DNA of 64,000 bases from Burkholderiales bacterium (GTDB lineage: Bacteria > Pseudomonadota > Gammaproteobacteria > Burkholderiales > Rhodocyclaceae), in assembly GCA_038203745.1 (NCBI GenBank), contig JBBRDR010000001.1, positions 12,357 to 76,356 on the forward strand. Direction: 5' to 3'. Below the pieces are notes generated by a model. It worked only from the letters and a program-made list of their open reading frames with translations. It had not been told where the DNA came from and did no database searches. Position 1 is the first letter of the stretch. The number at the start of each line of letters is the position of its first letter. The position numbers and the translations under genes were made by a program. Of the stretch, positions 39,909-50,012 are shown one piece after another.

Positions 39909-39909
39909 C

Positions 39910-40479
39910 TCAGCCTTTGAGAAGTGCTATCCGGCTTTCCAGTTGCGTCAGCGTTGCCTGCAGGCATTCGACGTCAGCGCAAAAAGAAGACACATCGCGA
40001 CGGCGGGCAATGGTCGGATTTTCTTCAGTGAAATATTCAGCCAGATTCAGCGCCAGATTGCTGGCCTGTTGTATTTGCCATGTAGCCAGCTGCTTGCCGC
40101 CCTCAACTAGGCGCCGTGCAGCGATGTCGCCAACCAGAATGGAAAGGTCGCTTTCAGCATCCCAGCGTAGATTGTGGAAAATAAAGCCCAGAGTCTCCGC
40201 CAGTTCAGCCGAGCCGCTAATGTGTGCGGAGGCCATGAGCGAAGTGCGATCAGTCAGCGCGCGCAGGGGTGCATCGGCAGGCAGGGTGATGCAAACAGCA
40301 GCAACAGCATTTTTGTCGCCGGGTATGAAAAGCCCGTCGCGGGTGATCTCCAGCGGCAGATTCAGCGCGCCGACTACAAGGCGCGCTGTTTGTCCGGCAA
40401 AAGGTTTGAGACGGTCGCGCGGCCAGACTTCAGACGTCAGAAGATGATTGACGAATCCCAGTGTCGCATCGACCAGCAT
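39910..40479 (-). CDS. ubiJ: Ubiquinone biosynthesis accessory factor (SCP2 domain)
   Basis: NHLL...RLKPFAG, ISGSAELA...LRWDAESDLS..GDIAA and EYFTEE; downstream of ubiE. Confidence 0.88.
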   Translation of the reverse strand: MLVDATLGFVNHLLTSEVWPRDRLKPFAGQTARLVVGALNLPLEITRDGLFIPGDKNAVAAVCITLPADAPLRALTDRTSLMASAHISGSAELAETLGFIFHNLRWDAESDLSILVGDIAARRLVEGGKQLATWQIQQASNLALNLAEYFTEENPTIARRRDVSSFCADVECLQATLTQLESRIALLKG

Positions 40480-40485
40480 CAGTAA

Positions 40486-41343
40486 TCAACCCAGTTGCTG
40501 GATTCCGGCGATAACCCAACCCTTGTTGCCTTCGGCCGGTTTGCTCAGATTCCAGACTTCATTAAACGGAACCGCTGCCGCGCCGGTCTCCTCGCGAATC
40601 ATGCCGCTAAAGTTTACGCTGGCGATATGGCGGTTGGCTTCGGTCGTGATTTCGAGAAGTTCGGCGTTGAGCGTGACGACATCCGTTTGCTGAGGCGCTG
40701 TGCCACGTTCATCCATTTGCATTTTGATTTCAGCAAACAGTTCCGGACTGGTAAATTCGCGAATATCGGCAAGATCCATGGCGTCATTAGCGGCTTGCAA
40801 GCGAACGAAATTGAGCTTGGCGACGCGCAGGAAAGCTGTGGTATCGAAGCCTGCGGGCATTTGTTGCGCAAAAGGTTCCGCAGGAGCGGCAGAACCAAAC
40901 TGGGCGTTCTGAACCGGCTGACCCATGGCTGGATTGCCGGCGCCTGCGTACTGCATCGGATCGTTGGCTTGTCCGGCCGGCGTTTTGCGGCCGAACAATA
41001 ACTTGAAAACAAAAACGGCTGCGAAGGCCAGCAGGGCAATCATCAGAATGTTGGCCATGCCCTCACCCATACCAAAATGCGAAAGAAGCGCAGCAATGCC
41101 AAGGCCGGCAGCAAGACCGGCAATCGGCCCCATCCAGTTACGTTTGGGGGTTGCCGCCGCGGCACCCGCAGGCGCGGTTGGTGTGGCGGGAGCCGCTTGT
41201 TGCGTAGGGGCAGGTCTCGGAGAAACGGCCTGGCGTTGCATGCCAAAAGATTTTCCGCCGCCAAAGCGTGCTGCCTCAGCTTCACCTACGCTCAAGCCAA
41301 GTGCCAAGATTGCAACAAAAACAGACATCAGAATTTTGTTCAT
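40486..41343 (-). CDS. Tim44 domain-containing protein
   Basis: ARFGGGKSFG after a signal peptide, GLAAGLG...LLSHFG, and a Tim44 core (F..LQAAND...WVIAGIQQ). Confidence 0.9.
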   Translation of the reverse strand: MNKILMSVFVAILALGLSVGEAEAARFGGGKSFGMQRQAVSPRPAPTQQAAPATPTAPAGAAAATPKRNWMGPIAGLAAGLGIAALLSHFGMGEGMANILMIALLAFAAVFVFKLLFGRKTPAGQANDPMQYAGAGNPAMGQPVQNAQFGSAAPAEPFAQQMPAGFDTTAFLRVAKLNFVRLQAANDAMDLADIREFTSPELFAEIKMQMDERGTAPQQTDVVTLNAELLEITTEANRHIASVNFSGMIREETGAAAVPFNEVWNLSKPAEGNKGWVIAGIQQLG

Positions 41344-41354
41344 TGGTGATTCCT

Positions 41355-42089
41355 TCAGAATTTAAAACCACGGTGTAATGCAACAACCCCAAGCGTCAGG
41401 TTGAAGTATTCGACTTTCTCCAGACCGGCTTGTTCCATCAATATTTTTAATGCGTCCTGATCCGGATGGACGCGTATTGATTCGGCAAGATAACGATAGC
41501 TGGCTTCATCTTTGGTGATGAACTCGCCAATGCGCGGGATGATCTTGAACGAGTAAAAATCATAAACAGGCGCCAGCGGCTTCCACACTTGTGAGAACTC
41601 CAGAACCAGAACGCACCCGCCGGGACGCAGCACGCGCTTCATCTCGGCAAGAGCGGCATCCTTGTGGGTCATGTTGCGCAGACCGAAGGCGACGGTAACA
41701 CAATCAAAATAATCATCAGGGAAGGGCAGTCTCTCGGCGTCACACTGGGCGACCGGGATCATGAACCCCTTGTCACAGAGTCTGTCCCGGCCATTGGTCA
41801 GCATGGCGTTGTTGATGTCAGTCAGCCAGACCTGCCCGCTCTTGCCGACCTTGCGCGCAAATGCCAGCGAGAGATCGCCCGTGCCGCCGGCAACATCAAG
41901 CACCCGCGAACCTTCGCGAACGCCGCTGCGGGCAATGGTAAATGCCTTCCAAAGCCGGTGCATGCCGCCGGACATGAGGTCATTCATCAGGTCGTAGCGT
42001 TGGGCAACCGAAGTGAAGACCTCGGCTACGCGGCGTGCTTTTTCAGCCTCGGCAACCTGTTCAAATCCGAAATGTGTTTTGTCATTCAT
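41355..42089 (-). CDS. ubiE: Ubiquinone/menaquinone C-methyltransferase
   Basis: [31 protein letters not shown] and YRYLAESI. Confidence 0.97.
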   Translation of the reverse strand: MNDKTHFGFEQVAEAEKARRVAEVFTSVAQRYDLMNDLMSGGMHRLWKAFTIARSGVREGSRVLDVAGGTGDLSLAFARKVGKSGQVWLTDINNAMLTNGRDRLCDKGFMIPVAQCDAERLPFPDDYFDCVTVAFGLRNMTHKDAALAEMKRVLRPGGCVLVLEFSQVWKPLAPVYDFYSFKIIPRIGEFITKDEASYRYLAESIRVHPDQDALKILMEQAGLEKVEYFNLTLGVVALHRGFKF

Positions 42090-42122
42090 GCGGCGTACTA
42101 AATGGGGTCAGTCGATGAAAAT

Positions 42123-42551
42123 TCAATGCTTGGTACCGCAGGACGACGATGGTTTGCGCGCCGGAGGTGGGCATTCAGCCGGGTCTCGGCTGCCACCTTC
42201 AGCGACGAGTTTTTCGAGGTAGGCTTGCCATAACTCATCGTGATGGATACAAAGGGTGTGCAGAACATCCCAGGAGTAGAGGCCACTATCGTGCCCGTCA
42301 GAAAAAACCGGCTTGATGGCGTAGTTGCCAACCGGCTCAATACTGAGAATATTAATGTCACGCTTGCCAACTTGCAGAACTTCCTGCCCGACACCGTGAC
42401 CGCGCGCTTCGGCAGAAGGTGTAAAAACACGCAGGAACTCGAAAGTCAGTTCAAATCTGTCACCGTTATCGAAGGCAAGTTCAAGAATACGTGATTTCTG
42501 GTGTAGCTTGATTTCGGTGGGAACGGGAGTGTTGGGGGAGAGACCAGCCAT
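42123..42551 (-). CDS. DUF971 / gamma-butyrobetaine hydroxylase-like N-terminal domain protein
   Basis: EFLRVFTPSAEARGHG, VGNYAIKPVFSDGHDSGLYSW. Confidence 0.9.
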   Translation of the reverse strand: MAGLSPNTPVPTEIKLHQKSRILELAFDNGDRFELTFEFLRVFTPSAEARGHGVGQEVLQVGKRDINILSIEPVGNYAIKPVFSDGHDSGLYSWDVLHTLCIHHDELWQAYLEKLVAEGGSRDPAECPPPARKPSSSCGTKH

Positions 42552-42660
42552 GACTGCTTTCGTGGATAAGCGAACGCGCTATGATAGCGCAAAGTGGGTT
42601 AGGCGACCGTATCGTGCCCAGGCTATAGGGAGGGTGAATAATGAACTTCCCGAACGCCTT

Positions 42661-42678
42661 TTGTCATCAATCTGTAAT
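42661..42678 (+). promoter_or_regulatory. Pho box (phoBR autoregulation)
   Basis: TTGTCAT-caat-CTGTAAT matches the CTGTCAT-N4-CTGT(C/A)A(C/T) consensus; it lies 48 nt upstream of phoB. Confidence 0.8.
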
Positions 42679-42726
42679 CCTTTGTTCATAAACTGGGAGC
42701 AATAAATTACCGAGAACACCATTTAC

Positions 42727-43419
42727 ATGCCTGCCACCATCCTTGTTGTTGAAGATGAGCCATCGATTCAGGAGCTGATTGCGGCCAGCATGCAACATGC
42801 CGGACACAAGGTGATGCGAGCAGATACCGCCGAAGATGCCGTGCGTCTGGTGAATGAAATGCTGCCTGACATCGTGCTGCTCGACTGGATGTTGCCCGGC
42901 ATGAGCGGCATTCAATATGCCCGTCGATTACGCAGCGAGGAACGTACGCGCGATTTGCCCATTATCATGCTCACGGCGCGCAGTGAAGAGCACGACAAGG
43001 TGGCCGGTTTGGAGGCAGGCGCCGACGATTACCTGACCAAACCGTTCTCTCCGCGTGAATTGCAGGCTCGCATCAAGGCAGTACTGCGCCGCCGCGCCCC
43101 GCAAATGACCGAGGACAGCGTCGATGTTGACGGCCTGCGCGTTGATCCGGTCACCCATCGGGTTTCCGGTAACGGACAGGCACTCGATCTGGGCCCGACA
43201 GAGTTTCGTCTGCTGCACTTTTTCATGACGCACGCCGAGCGCGTGTACAGTCGTACCCAGTTGCTCGATCAGGTGTGGGGTGATCACATCTTTGTCGAGG
43301 AGCGGACGGTGGATGTTCATATTCGCCGCTTGCGCGCAGCGCTCGAGTTGACCGGGCACGACCGCCTGATCCAGACGGTGCGAGGCAGCGGTTACCGTTT
43401 TTCGGCCCAGCCAGAATGA
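42727..43419 (+). CDS. phoB: Phosphate regulon response regulator
   Basis: VVEDE, LLDWMLPG, and ERTVDVHIRRLR...IQTVRGSGYRF. Confidence 0.97.
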   Translation: MPATILVVEDEPSIQELIAASMQHAGHKVMRADTAEDAVRLVNEMLPDIVLLDWMLPGMSGIQYARRLRSEERTRDLPIIMLTARSEEHDKVAGLEAGADDYLTKPFSPRELQARIKAVLRRRAPQMTEDSVDVDGLRVDPVTHRVSGNGQALDLGPTEFRLLHFFMTHAERVYSRTQLLDQVWGDHIFVEERTVDVHIRRLRAALELTGHDRLIQTVRGSGYRFSAQPE

Positions 43420-43453
43420 CAAGCGCTGGTCGCACGGCGGGCGGCGTGATTTC

Positions 43454-44755
43454 GTGAGTGAGGTCTGGAGTCGTACGCTTTGGCTGTTGTTCGCCATGGT
43501 GTGCCTGATATTCGGGCCGGTCGCCATTGCTTTTGACCTTAAATGGGGCCTGCTCGCGGTTATCGTTTGTCTGTTGTTCATGCTGGGCTGGCACCTGATA
43601 CATCTCCGGCAGTTGATGGGTTGGCTGGAAGGCCCTCTGAACAATGCGTTACCCAGAGGTCGAGGTGTCTGGGAAATTGCATTCGCCGGACTGCATCGCC
43701 GGGTACGTATTCGCCTTGGGCAACAGCAGGCACTTTCTGAAACGCTCAACAGTTTCATGGGGGCGTTTCAGGCCTTGCCGGATGGCGTCATCGCCTTCGA
43801 TCGACACCGCCGCATAGACTGGATTAACGAGCGGGCAGAAACCCATTTCGCGCTGTCTGCGCTGGTTGATCGCGGGCAGGCGCTGACCAACCTGATCCGT
43901 CATCCCGATTTCGTTTCCTATCTTGATAGCAAGAACTACGAAGAGCCATTGATCTTTCGCGGCGGGCGCGTCGAAGACCTGACCCTGATGCTGCAGATCA
44001 TCCCCTATGGCAAAGATCAGAATCTGATGGTTTCGCGCGATATCAGCCAGATCGAACGCATGGAAACCATGCGTCGCGACTTTATTGCCAATGTGTCACA
44101 CGAACTGAAAACGCCGCTGACCGTGGTCGCCGGGTTTTCGGAAATGCTTGTCGACGATGGTGCGACGTATGGTGATGCCGAAGCCAAGCATTACCTGACG
44201 CTCATCTGCGAACAGACTGTGCGTATGCAGCGCCTGATCGAGGATTTGCTAACCCTGTCAGCGCTGGAGTCGGGCAGTCCGGCATCGAGCGAAGAGCGTG
44301 TGGAACTCGAACCGATGCTGCGCAGTATCGTGTCCGATGCCAAGGCTTTGTCGGCGGGGAGGCACGAGATCACCTTGACGATCGACGCGCCATCGGTGCT
44401 TGGGGGGTGTGCCAACGAACTGCGCAGCGCTTTCAGCAATCTGGCGGGGAATGCCGTACGTTATACGCCCCCGGGTGGCCGCATCGACCTGAGTTGGCGT
44501 GTGCATGAGGGCGGCGGTGAGTTTGTCGTCGCCGATACCGGCATTGGCATACCCGCTCAACACTTGCCTCGCCTGACCGAGCGTTTTTACCGGATAGATC
44601 GCAGTCGTTCGCGAGAAACAGGCGGCACCGGTCTGGGGCTGGCCATCGTCAAGCACGTACTGACACGTCATCATGCCACGCTGGACATTGAAAGCGAGCC
44701 GGATGTCGGCAGTCGCTTCATCGCCCGCTTTCCGCCGAACTGTCTGCTTAACTGA
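43454..44755 (+). CDS. phoR: Phosphate regulon sensor histidine kinase
   Basis: PAS domain, RRDFIANVSHELKTPLT and RSRETGGTGLGLAIVKH. Confidence 0.96.
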   Translation: MSEVWSRTLWLLFAMVCLIFGPVAIAFDLKWGLLAVIVCLLFMLGWHLIHLRQLMGWLEGPLNNALPRGRGVWEIAFAGLHRRVRIRLGQQQALSETLNSFMGAFQALPDGVIAFDRHRRIDWINERAETHFALSALVDRGQALTNLIRHPDFVSYLDSKNYEEPLIFRGGRVEDLTLMLQIIPYGKDQNLMVSRDISQIERMETMRRDFIANVSHELKTPLTVVAGFSEMLVDDGATYGDAEAKHYLTLICEQTVRMQRLIEDLLTLSALESGSPASSEERVELEPMLRSIVSDAKALSAGRHEITLTIDAPSVLGGCANELRSAFSNLAGNAVRYTPPGGRIDLSWRVHEGGGEFVVADTGIGIPAQHLPRLTERFYRIDRSRSRETGGTGLGLAIVKHVLTRHHATLDIESEPDVGSRFIARFPPNCLLN

Positions 44756-44767
44756 CCTTGGCGTTTG

Positions 44768-46138
44768 TCACTGCAGCATGAAGGTTTCGAATTCGAGGCG
44801 TGACAACTTGCGGTCAAGTATGGCAAGTGCAGTGCCAAGAGTGATCAGAACGGCCAGCGTAAAGCCGTAGCCGTAGAACGCCGCACCCTTCCAGAGCGTC
44901 AATCCGGTGAGTACGATATTGAGTGTCAGAAACTCCGCACACAGATACAGAATGATACGGCGCTGGTCGAGATAGAAAAAGACATTGAGCACGGAAAGCA
45001 GAACCACCTGCAGGCTGGCACCAATGACCTGAATGTAAAGCAGAGGCAGATAAAGCTCCGAGATGTCGAGTGCCTCAAGCAGCGTGGGGCCGGCAACAAA
45101 GGTGACCAGAACAGCCAGTGTCTGGATTTTTCCGATTTCGGCCAAGCCTTGCCGGATCGAATAAACCATTTCGTCGCGCATGGCCTCGATGTATTCCAGC
45201 GACCCACCGCTGCGCACGGCGTTGTAGAACTTGTCGTAATACTCGACGAAATCGGTCTCGATACGAACCATGAACACGGCCATGCCCGGAATGATCGAGA
45301 GATAGGCGAGAAAGACCGGCAGGTCGTAGATGATCGAGGCGCGAAGCGCGCCAATAATGGGTTCTGAGGTATCAGGGAAAAACCAGAACATGAATTTGTC
45401 CGCCCAAATACCAAGGTTATATAGGGTGCCGATGCCAAGCAGGCTTGGATAAAGGGTCTCGGAACGGAAGAAGTCGAATGCGATAAGCGTTTTAGGCCGG
45501 AAATCAAATGCGGTAAGTATCCACATGCCGGCGAGCAGGACGCAGTGGCCAAAAACAAAGCCGGCCATCAGACCTTCAAGGCCGTAGGGGCGCAGCAGCA
45601 GAGCCAGAGCAACGGTGATTGAGTACCCCAGCGCGAATAACGCGACAATGGCTTGATAGCGTTTCATTCCGGACAGAAAAATCGTGACGACCCAGATAGC
45701 GCACATCAGGACAAAACCCGCCAGCATCAGTATCCGGTAGAGCACACTTTGCCCTGGCAAGAGAATAAAAATTCCCAGTGTGCCCAGAATGGAGGCGCTG
45801 ATAACAACGACCATCAGCAATCCGCTCAGGTTGGGCATGACCAGATCGTCGTTTTTTTCAAACAGGCGATCCGAGACAAAACGGGTGAAGGCCAGTTGGA
45901 CGCCGCCGGTATAAATCAGACTGCTGGCGATCAGATAAGTTACCGAGGTTTGAAACTGAGTGACTAGAAACGAGGGCGTGACGATCGAGTGGCTAAGCAA
46001 GCCGATAATCAGAATGCCGACAATCGACAGTACCCAGGGGCCCGAGCCGATAATGCCGGCAAAGGTATAGGCCTGCAGCAGGCCAACCAGCGTGTCTTTA
46101 CGCAGCAGCTTTCTGAGTTCAAAACCGATGCCGGCCAT
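44768..46138 (-). CDS. pelG: Pel exopolysaccharide export protein
   Basis: MAGIGFELRKLL, SGPWVLSI and ETDFVEYYDKFY. Confidence 0.95.
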   Translation of the reverse strand: MAGIGFELRKLLRKDTLVGLLQAYTFAGIIGSGPWVLSIVGILIIGLLSHSIVTPSFLVTQFQTSVTYLIASSLIYTGGVQLAFTRFVSDRLFEKNDDLVMPNLSGLLMVVVISASILGTLGIFILLPGQSVLYRILMLAGFVLMCAIWVVTIFLSGMKRYQAIVALFALGYSITVALALLLRPYGLEGLMAGFVFGHCVLLAGMWILTAFDFRPKTLIAFDFFRSETLYPSLLGIGTLYNLGIWADKFMFWFFPDTSEPIIGALRASIIYDLPVFLAYLSIIPGMAVFMVRIETDFVEYYDKFYNAVRSGGSLEYIEAMRDEMVYSIRQGLAEIGKIQTLAVLVTFVAGPTLLEALDISELYLPLLYIQVIGASLQVVLLSVLNVFFYLDQRRIILYLCAEFLTLNIVLTGLTLWKGAAFYGYGFTLAVLITLGTALAILDRKLSRLEFETFMLQ

Positions 46139-47670
46139 CAGCTATCCTTCGCCGCCAGCGCGGTTTCATAAACGCGTCTGTAATGGCCGAACATCAGGTC
46201 GTCGGTGTAATAACGTTCGACACGGGCGATGCCGGCCCGGCTGGCAGAGTGCCAGGCGATCGGGTCGGTCAGTAGGCCGATTGCAGCATCAGCCAGCGCC
46301 TGGGGATCGGCGATGTTAACCACGGCGCCGGAATGGCCAAATGCCTGATCTTCCTCATCCAGCCCCTCGATGAGTTGGCGGCAGGATCCGACGTCGGTTG
46401 ATACCGTCGGTACACCGGCCGCATAGCCTTCAAGAATGACCAGCGGCAGGGCCTCACTGATTGAAGACAGGATGGTCAGGCCGATTTTTGGCATCAAATC
46501 TTCGACCTTCTGGAAGCCGAGAAATTTCACGCGATCAGCAACGCCAAGGCTTTCGGCCAGGTTTCGACAGTCGTTGGCATAGGCTAAATCCTCATCCTCC
46601 GGGCCGGCAATCCAGCCTTTGGCTTCGGGTAACTGGTTAAGCACGCGACGCATGGCACGGATGAAGGTCTTGACATCCTTGATCGGTACCACACGTCCGA
46701 TCAGGCAAAGTACCGGCGGCGGGTTTTCGGGGCGCAGCTTTCGCAGCGGGGCGAAACGCTGGAGGCTAATGCCGTTCGGAATGTTGAAGGTGCGTTCACT
46801 GGCGGCCCCGTCGGCGACCTGACGCAAACGATTATTTTCATACAGCGCAATGATCGGATCAGCGGCGTCATAGCAGAAGCGACCCATCCATTCGAAAAAA
46901 GAAATCCACGTCTGGCGGAAATACGAGAGTTCGGTCGGGTCGCGCTGAAAAATATTCCGGTTGTCGCGGATCCACTCGCTTTTGAACAGGTCAATCTTGC
47001 GTTCTTTGGTGTAGATACCGTGTTCGGAAAGAATCAGCGGACGCTTATGGGTCTGCTGGAGCAAGGCGCCCAGAAAGCCTGCGTAGCCTGTCGATACGCT
47101 GTGATAGGCACGTGCCGGAATCAATTCGTGGGCGATTTTGGCCAGTTGCCAGAGTGGCGCATGCATGATGCGTACGGTCCAGAAATAGTCGACGAAAGAC
47201 GGGTCCGTACAGTATTTCCGGTAACGCTCGCAAAGCAAATCCCAGGACTGCGTGCCGTACAGAAAGCTTTCCGCCGGTAACTTTCCGCCTGGCATTATTT
47301 CCTTGCACATGTTGTGCAAGGCAGCTTTGCCGGCCGGGTCAGCGCAATCCCGTTTGAACATGTCGTGCGCTTTGGCTAGATCACCGCTGACGCCAGCCTC
47401 CAATGTCCGTTCGTCAGGTTTGGGAAGCGTCTGGGTGTGGTCAAAATCGTAAAGATAGTGAGCTTCAAGATGTACAACGTTGTCCGGCAGGTCGTATTTT
47501 TGCGCACCGTAATCTTCGCGCCGGCTGCCGAGGAACACGATGGCAAATCGCAGTTCCGGGAAAGCGCGGATGATTTGGTTGACCCAGCTCGAAACACCGC
47601 CACTGACGTAGGGGAAGGTACCTTCAAGCAGAAGGGCAATGTCAGCCTCTTTGGCTCTCGGGAAATTCAT
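46138..47670 (-). CDS. pelF: Pel glycosyltransferase (GT4)
   Basis: LLLEGTFPYVSGGVSSWV, SEHGIYTKER, GRVVPIKD and SISEALPL. Confidence 0.96.
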   Translation of the reverse strand: MNFPRAKEADIALLLEGTFPYVSGGVSSWVNQIIRAFPELRFAIVFLGSRREDYGAQKYDLPDNVVHLEAHYLYDFDHTQTLPKPDERTLEAGVSGDLAKAHDMFKRDCADPAGKAALHNMCKEIMPGGKLPAESFLYGTQSWDLLCERYRKYCTDPSFVDYFWTVRIMHAPLWQLAKIAHELIPARAYHSVSTGYAGFLGALLQQTHKRPLILSEHGIYTKERKIDLFKSEWIRDNRNIFQRDPTELSYFRQTWISFFEWMGRFCYDAADPIIALYENNRLRQVADGAASERTFNIPNGISLQRFAPLRKLRPENPPPVLCLIGRVVPIKDVKTFIRAMRRVLNQLPEAKGWIAGPEDEDLAYANDCRNLAESLGVADRVKFLGFQKVEDLMPKIGLTILSSISEALPLVILEGYAAGVPTVSTDVGSCRQLIEGLDEEDQAFGHSGAVVNIADPQALADAAIGLLTDPIAWHSASRAGIARVERYYTDDLMFGHYRRVYETALAAKDS

Positions 47671-48674
47671 GCTTCATTCCAGTACCGGATAACCGGTTGC
47701 AAGCGTGGCAGAGATTGCCAGTCGCCAAGTTCATGCATTAGCCGATGTACAGTGCGGAAGTCACCGAGATCAAAGGCGACTTCAGCTAGATAAGGCAAGA
47801 TGCGGGTTTTCGGCAGGCCAAGTGCCAGAGCCTGATTGTAGGCGGCATGAGCCAGGTGTGTTTCGCCGAGAGGCTGCAGGAGGCGACCCAAACGGAGATG
47901 CAGCCCAGCGTCATCGGGTGAGCCGGCGAGAGAAATTCGGGTGAAATGCAGAGACTGTTGCAGCGCGTGCAAACGTAAATCACCCAGAACAAGCTCCTGA
48001 TAGACGAGCTCCCAGTAAAGATCGGCCAGTCGCCGTGCCGTTTCTGCCTGCTCAGGGCTTCCCTCTGACGCTTGTGAAAAATTCTGCGCTTCGGTGTGAA
48101 TGGCGTTGTTGATGTGCTTTTCCTTATTGTCGAGTATGCCGTAGGCCAGCAAACGGATATCTTCCGAGGAGTCGCTCAGTACGTCACGCAGGAGCGGCGA
48201 GGCAACGCGCCCGGAAACATTCTGCAGGGCAATCAATGCACGCAACCGTGTGGCGACCGGTGCTTTGGTGTTGGACAGGAAAGAACGCATGCCGGCCTGA
48301 CGAAAGCCAACACCGGGGCGTTGGTGAACATCAATTTCCGGAAGTTCAATGGCCTCAAAGGCATCGGCGCGATGAATTTGCGGCAACGCATGCAGGAGGA
48401 ATATGCCACCGATGATGATCAGGATGCCAATGACAGGAATGGCATAACTGGTGCCGAAGATGAGTATTAGAACCGGCAGGCGGGGCTTGGCAAGATGTTT
48501 TGGAAGCAAGTTGATCGCGATTGCCGAAACCAGCACGCTGGTTATGCTGTGGGCGAGCAGGAAAAGCAGCAACGCCCCGTCGTCGTTGCTGCCGAGGAGG
48601 GCGCTTACCCAAGATGGCGCCTCAAGCATCAGCGCGAAGATCCCGAGCTGCAGGTGAAGCATGTGAGAGATCAA
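47667..48674 (-). CDS. pelE: Pel biosynthesis protein E
   Basis: N-terminal TMs, EDIRLLAYGILD and LYWELVYQEL. Start may be a few codons downstream. Confidence 0.88.
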   Translation of the reverse strand: MISHMLHLQLGIFALMLEAPSWVSALLGSNDDGALLLFLLAHSITSVLVSAIAINLLPKHLAKPRLPVLILIFGTSYAIPVIGILIIIGGIFLLHALPQIHRADAFEAIELPEIDVHQRPGVGFRQAGMRSFLSNTKAPVATRLRALIALQNVSGRVASPLLRDVLSDSSEDIRLLAYGILDNKEKHINNAIHTEAQNFSQASEGSPEQAETARRLADLYWELVYQELVLGDLRLHALQQSLHFTRISLAGSPDDAGLHLRLGRLLQPLGETHLAHAAYNQALALGLPKTRILPYLAEVAFDLGDFRTVHRLMHELGDWQSLPRLQPVIRYWNEA

Positions 48675-50007
48675 GAAGGCGCTTGATCAGTGCAATCGGT
48701 TCCTCTTCGTCCAACTGTGCAATGTGAGGGAATATACCGGCTTCAGACAGCGTCTGTTCGCTCTGCCGGTTCACCCAGTCCTCGATTCGGGTGACATAGC
48801 CCTCGGCAGCCGCATTTCCGGCAAGTGGCATCAGGGTGACGAGAACCTTGTGCTGAGCAAATTCGATCAGCCAGCTGACGTCCAACATGCGACGTTGAAG
48901 TCGAATTTGCAGCGCCATATCCTCAAAATGAGCGCTTGATTTGAATTCGAGCGCAACAATCACGCTGCAAACCAGCGACTCTTGACGAACGCGCCACAGG
49001 CGCTGAAGTTCGGCGGCAAAGTCAGCAGGGCAGTCGGGCAGGGCGGCACGAATCGGTGCGGCAAGCTGCTGTGTGATGAGTCCATCTGTGTAATAACCGA
49101 GCAGCAGATTGAGTGTCTGCAGCATCTCATTGTGCAAGGCAAAAAAAGGAACGTGCTCGACCAGCAGCAGCCCAAGTTGTTCTCCGGTAGAGGTGGTGAG
49201 CGGTGCGGCAATGATGTAGCGGCTTGGGTTCTCACCGGCCGGGAGTTCATGGGCGACATGTGACAAGTGTCCCGTTTCAAGGGCTCGCCGGATCAGCGGA
49301 TCATCTGGATTAAACGAAACAGGATCGCTGCTTGCACCAAGCGCTGCGGTGGGTACTGCGTCGATCACACCGGAACTCATTTTATGCAGAGTGGCGCTCT
49401 CCAACTGACAGAACTGCGAGAGCAGGCGCAACAGGCCGTCGGCGCCGGGTAGAGAAGTTTCTGTTACGCTGTGCGTGGCATCGTGTGCCTTGATAAGCTC
49501 CTGCAAGGTGGCCAGTGCATCGCGCATGGCCATTGGCCGGCCGATCAGGTCCTGTTCAAGCCGGTCATGCGAAAGCCGGAGCAAATAATACTGGTGGGTC
49601 AGGTATTCCAAACGCTGGTCAAGATAAAGCTGCATGCCTTCGGCGCGCCGTGCGCGTGACAGCCAGAGACTGGATGATTCGCCGCACAGCATGATGAGAA
49701 TCAGCCCGCCCAGATAGTTCAGCTTCGGAAATGATCCTGTCAGCCAGCCGGAATAACTGAAGGCCACCCAGGCCAATAACAGGACGGCAGAAGCAAGCAG
49801 CCCGGGAAAAGGGCCGTAGCGGAGCGCCAAAATGGTCGGAGCAAGCCACAACCAGGGGAACGCAGATTGTGTCCACAGCGGATCCAGAGGATTGATCCAG
49901 ATGCCGAGCGCAATGCCAAGCAGCGGCAGCATGACGGCCTCGGCCAGAACTGCCAGTGGGTTCGAGTATGGCCGCAGTAACTGCTTCAATGAAGAGTATT
50001 GCACCAC
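48622..50007 (-). CDS. pelD: Pel c-di-GMP receptor (GAF plus degenerate GGDEF)
   Basis: N-terminal TMs (LALRYG), LRLSHDRLEQ and RxxD I-site (RMLD). Confidence 0.92.
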   Translation of the reverse strand: MVQYSSLKQLLRPYSNPLAVLAEAVMLPLLGIALGIWINPLDPLWTQSAFPWLWLAPTILALRYGPFPGLLASAVLLLAWVAFSYSGWLTGSFPKLNYLGGLILIMLCGESSSLWLSRARRAEGMQLYLDQRLEYLTHQYYLLRLSHDRLEQDLIGRPMAMRDALATLQELIKAHDATHSVTETSLPGADGLLRLLSQFCQLESATLHKMSSGVIDAVPTAALGASSDPVSFNPDDPLIRRALETGHLSHVAHELPAGENPSRYIIAAPLTTSTGEQLGLLLVEHVPFFALHNEMLQTLNLLLGYYTDGLITQQLAAPIRAALPDCPADFAAELQRLWRVRQESLVCSVIVALEFKSSAHFEDMALQIRLQRRMLDVSWLIEFAQHKVLVTLMPLAGNAAAEGYVTRIEDWVNRQSEQTLSEAGIFPHIAQLDEEEPIALIKRLLDLSHASPAARDLRADA

Positions 50008-50012
50008 GCGCG

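Larger units (their letters stand above)
34377..39909. mobile_element. Putative accessory defence islet at the convergent AEC/ubiJ junction; no recombinase seen
   Basis: Two defence-type genes, a low-GC AIPR gene, decayed sequence and repeat-rich flanks interrupt housekeeping genes. Confidence 0.6.

Noticed and set aside
42561-42569. Single DnaA-box-like CGTGGATAA
   Set aside because: It is isolated with one mismatch, which is expected by chance.
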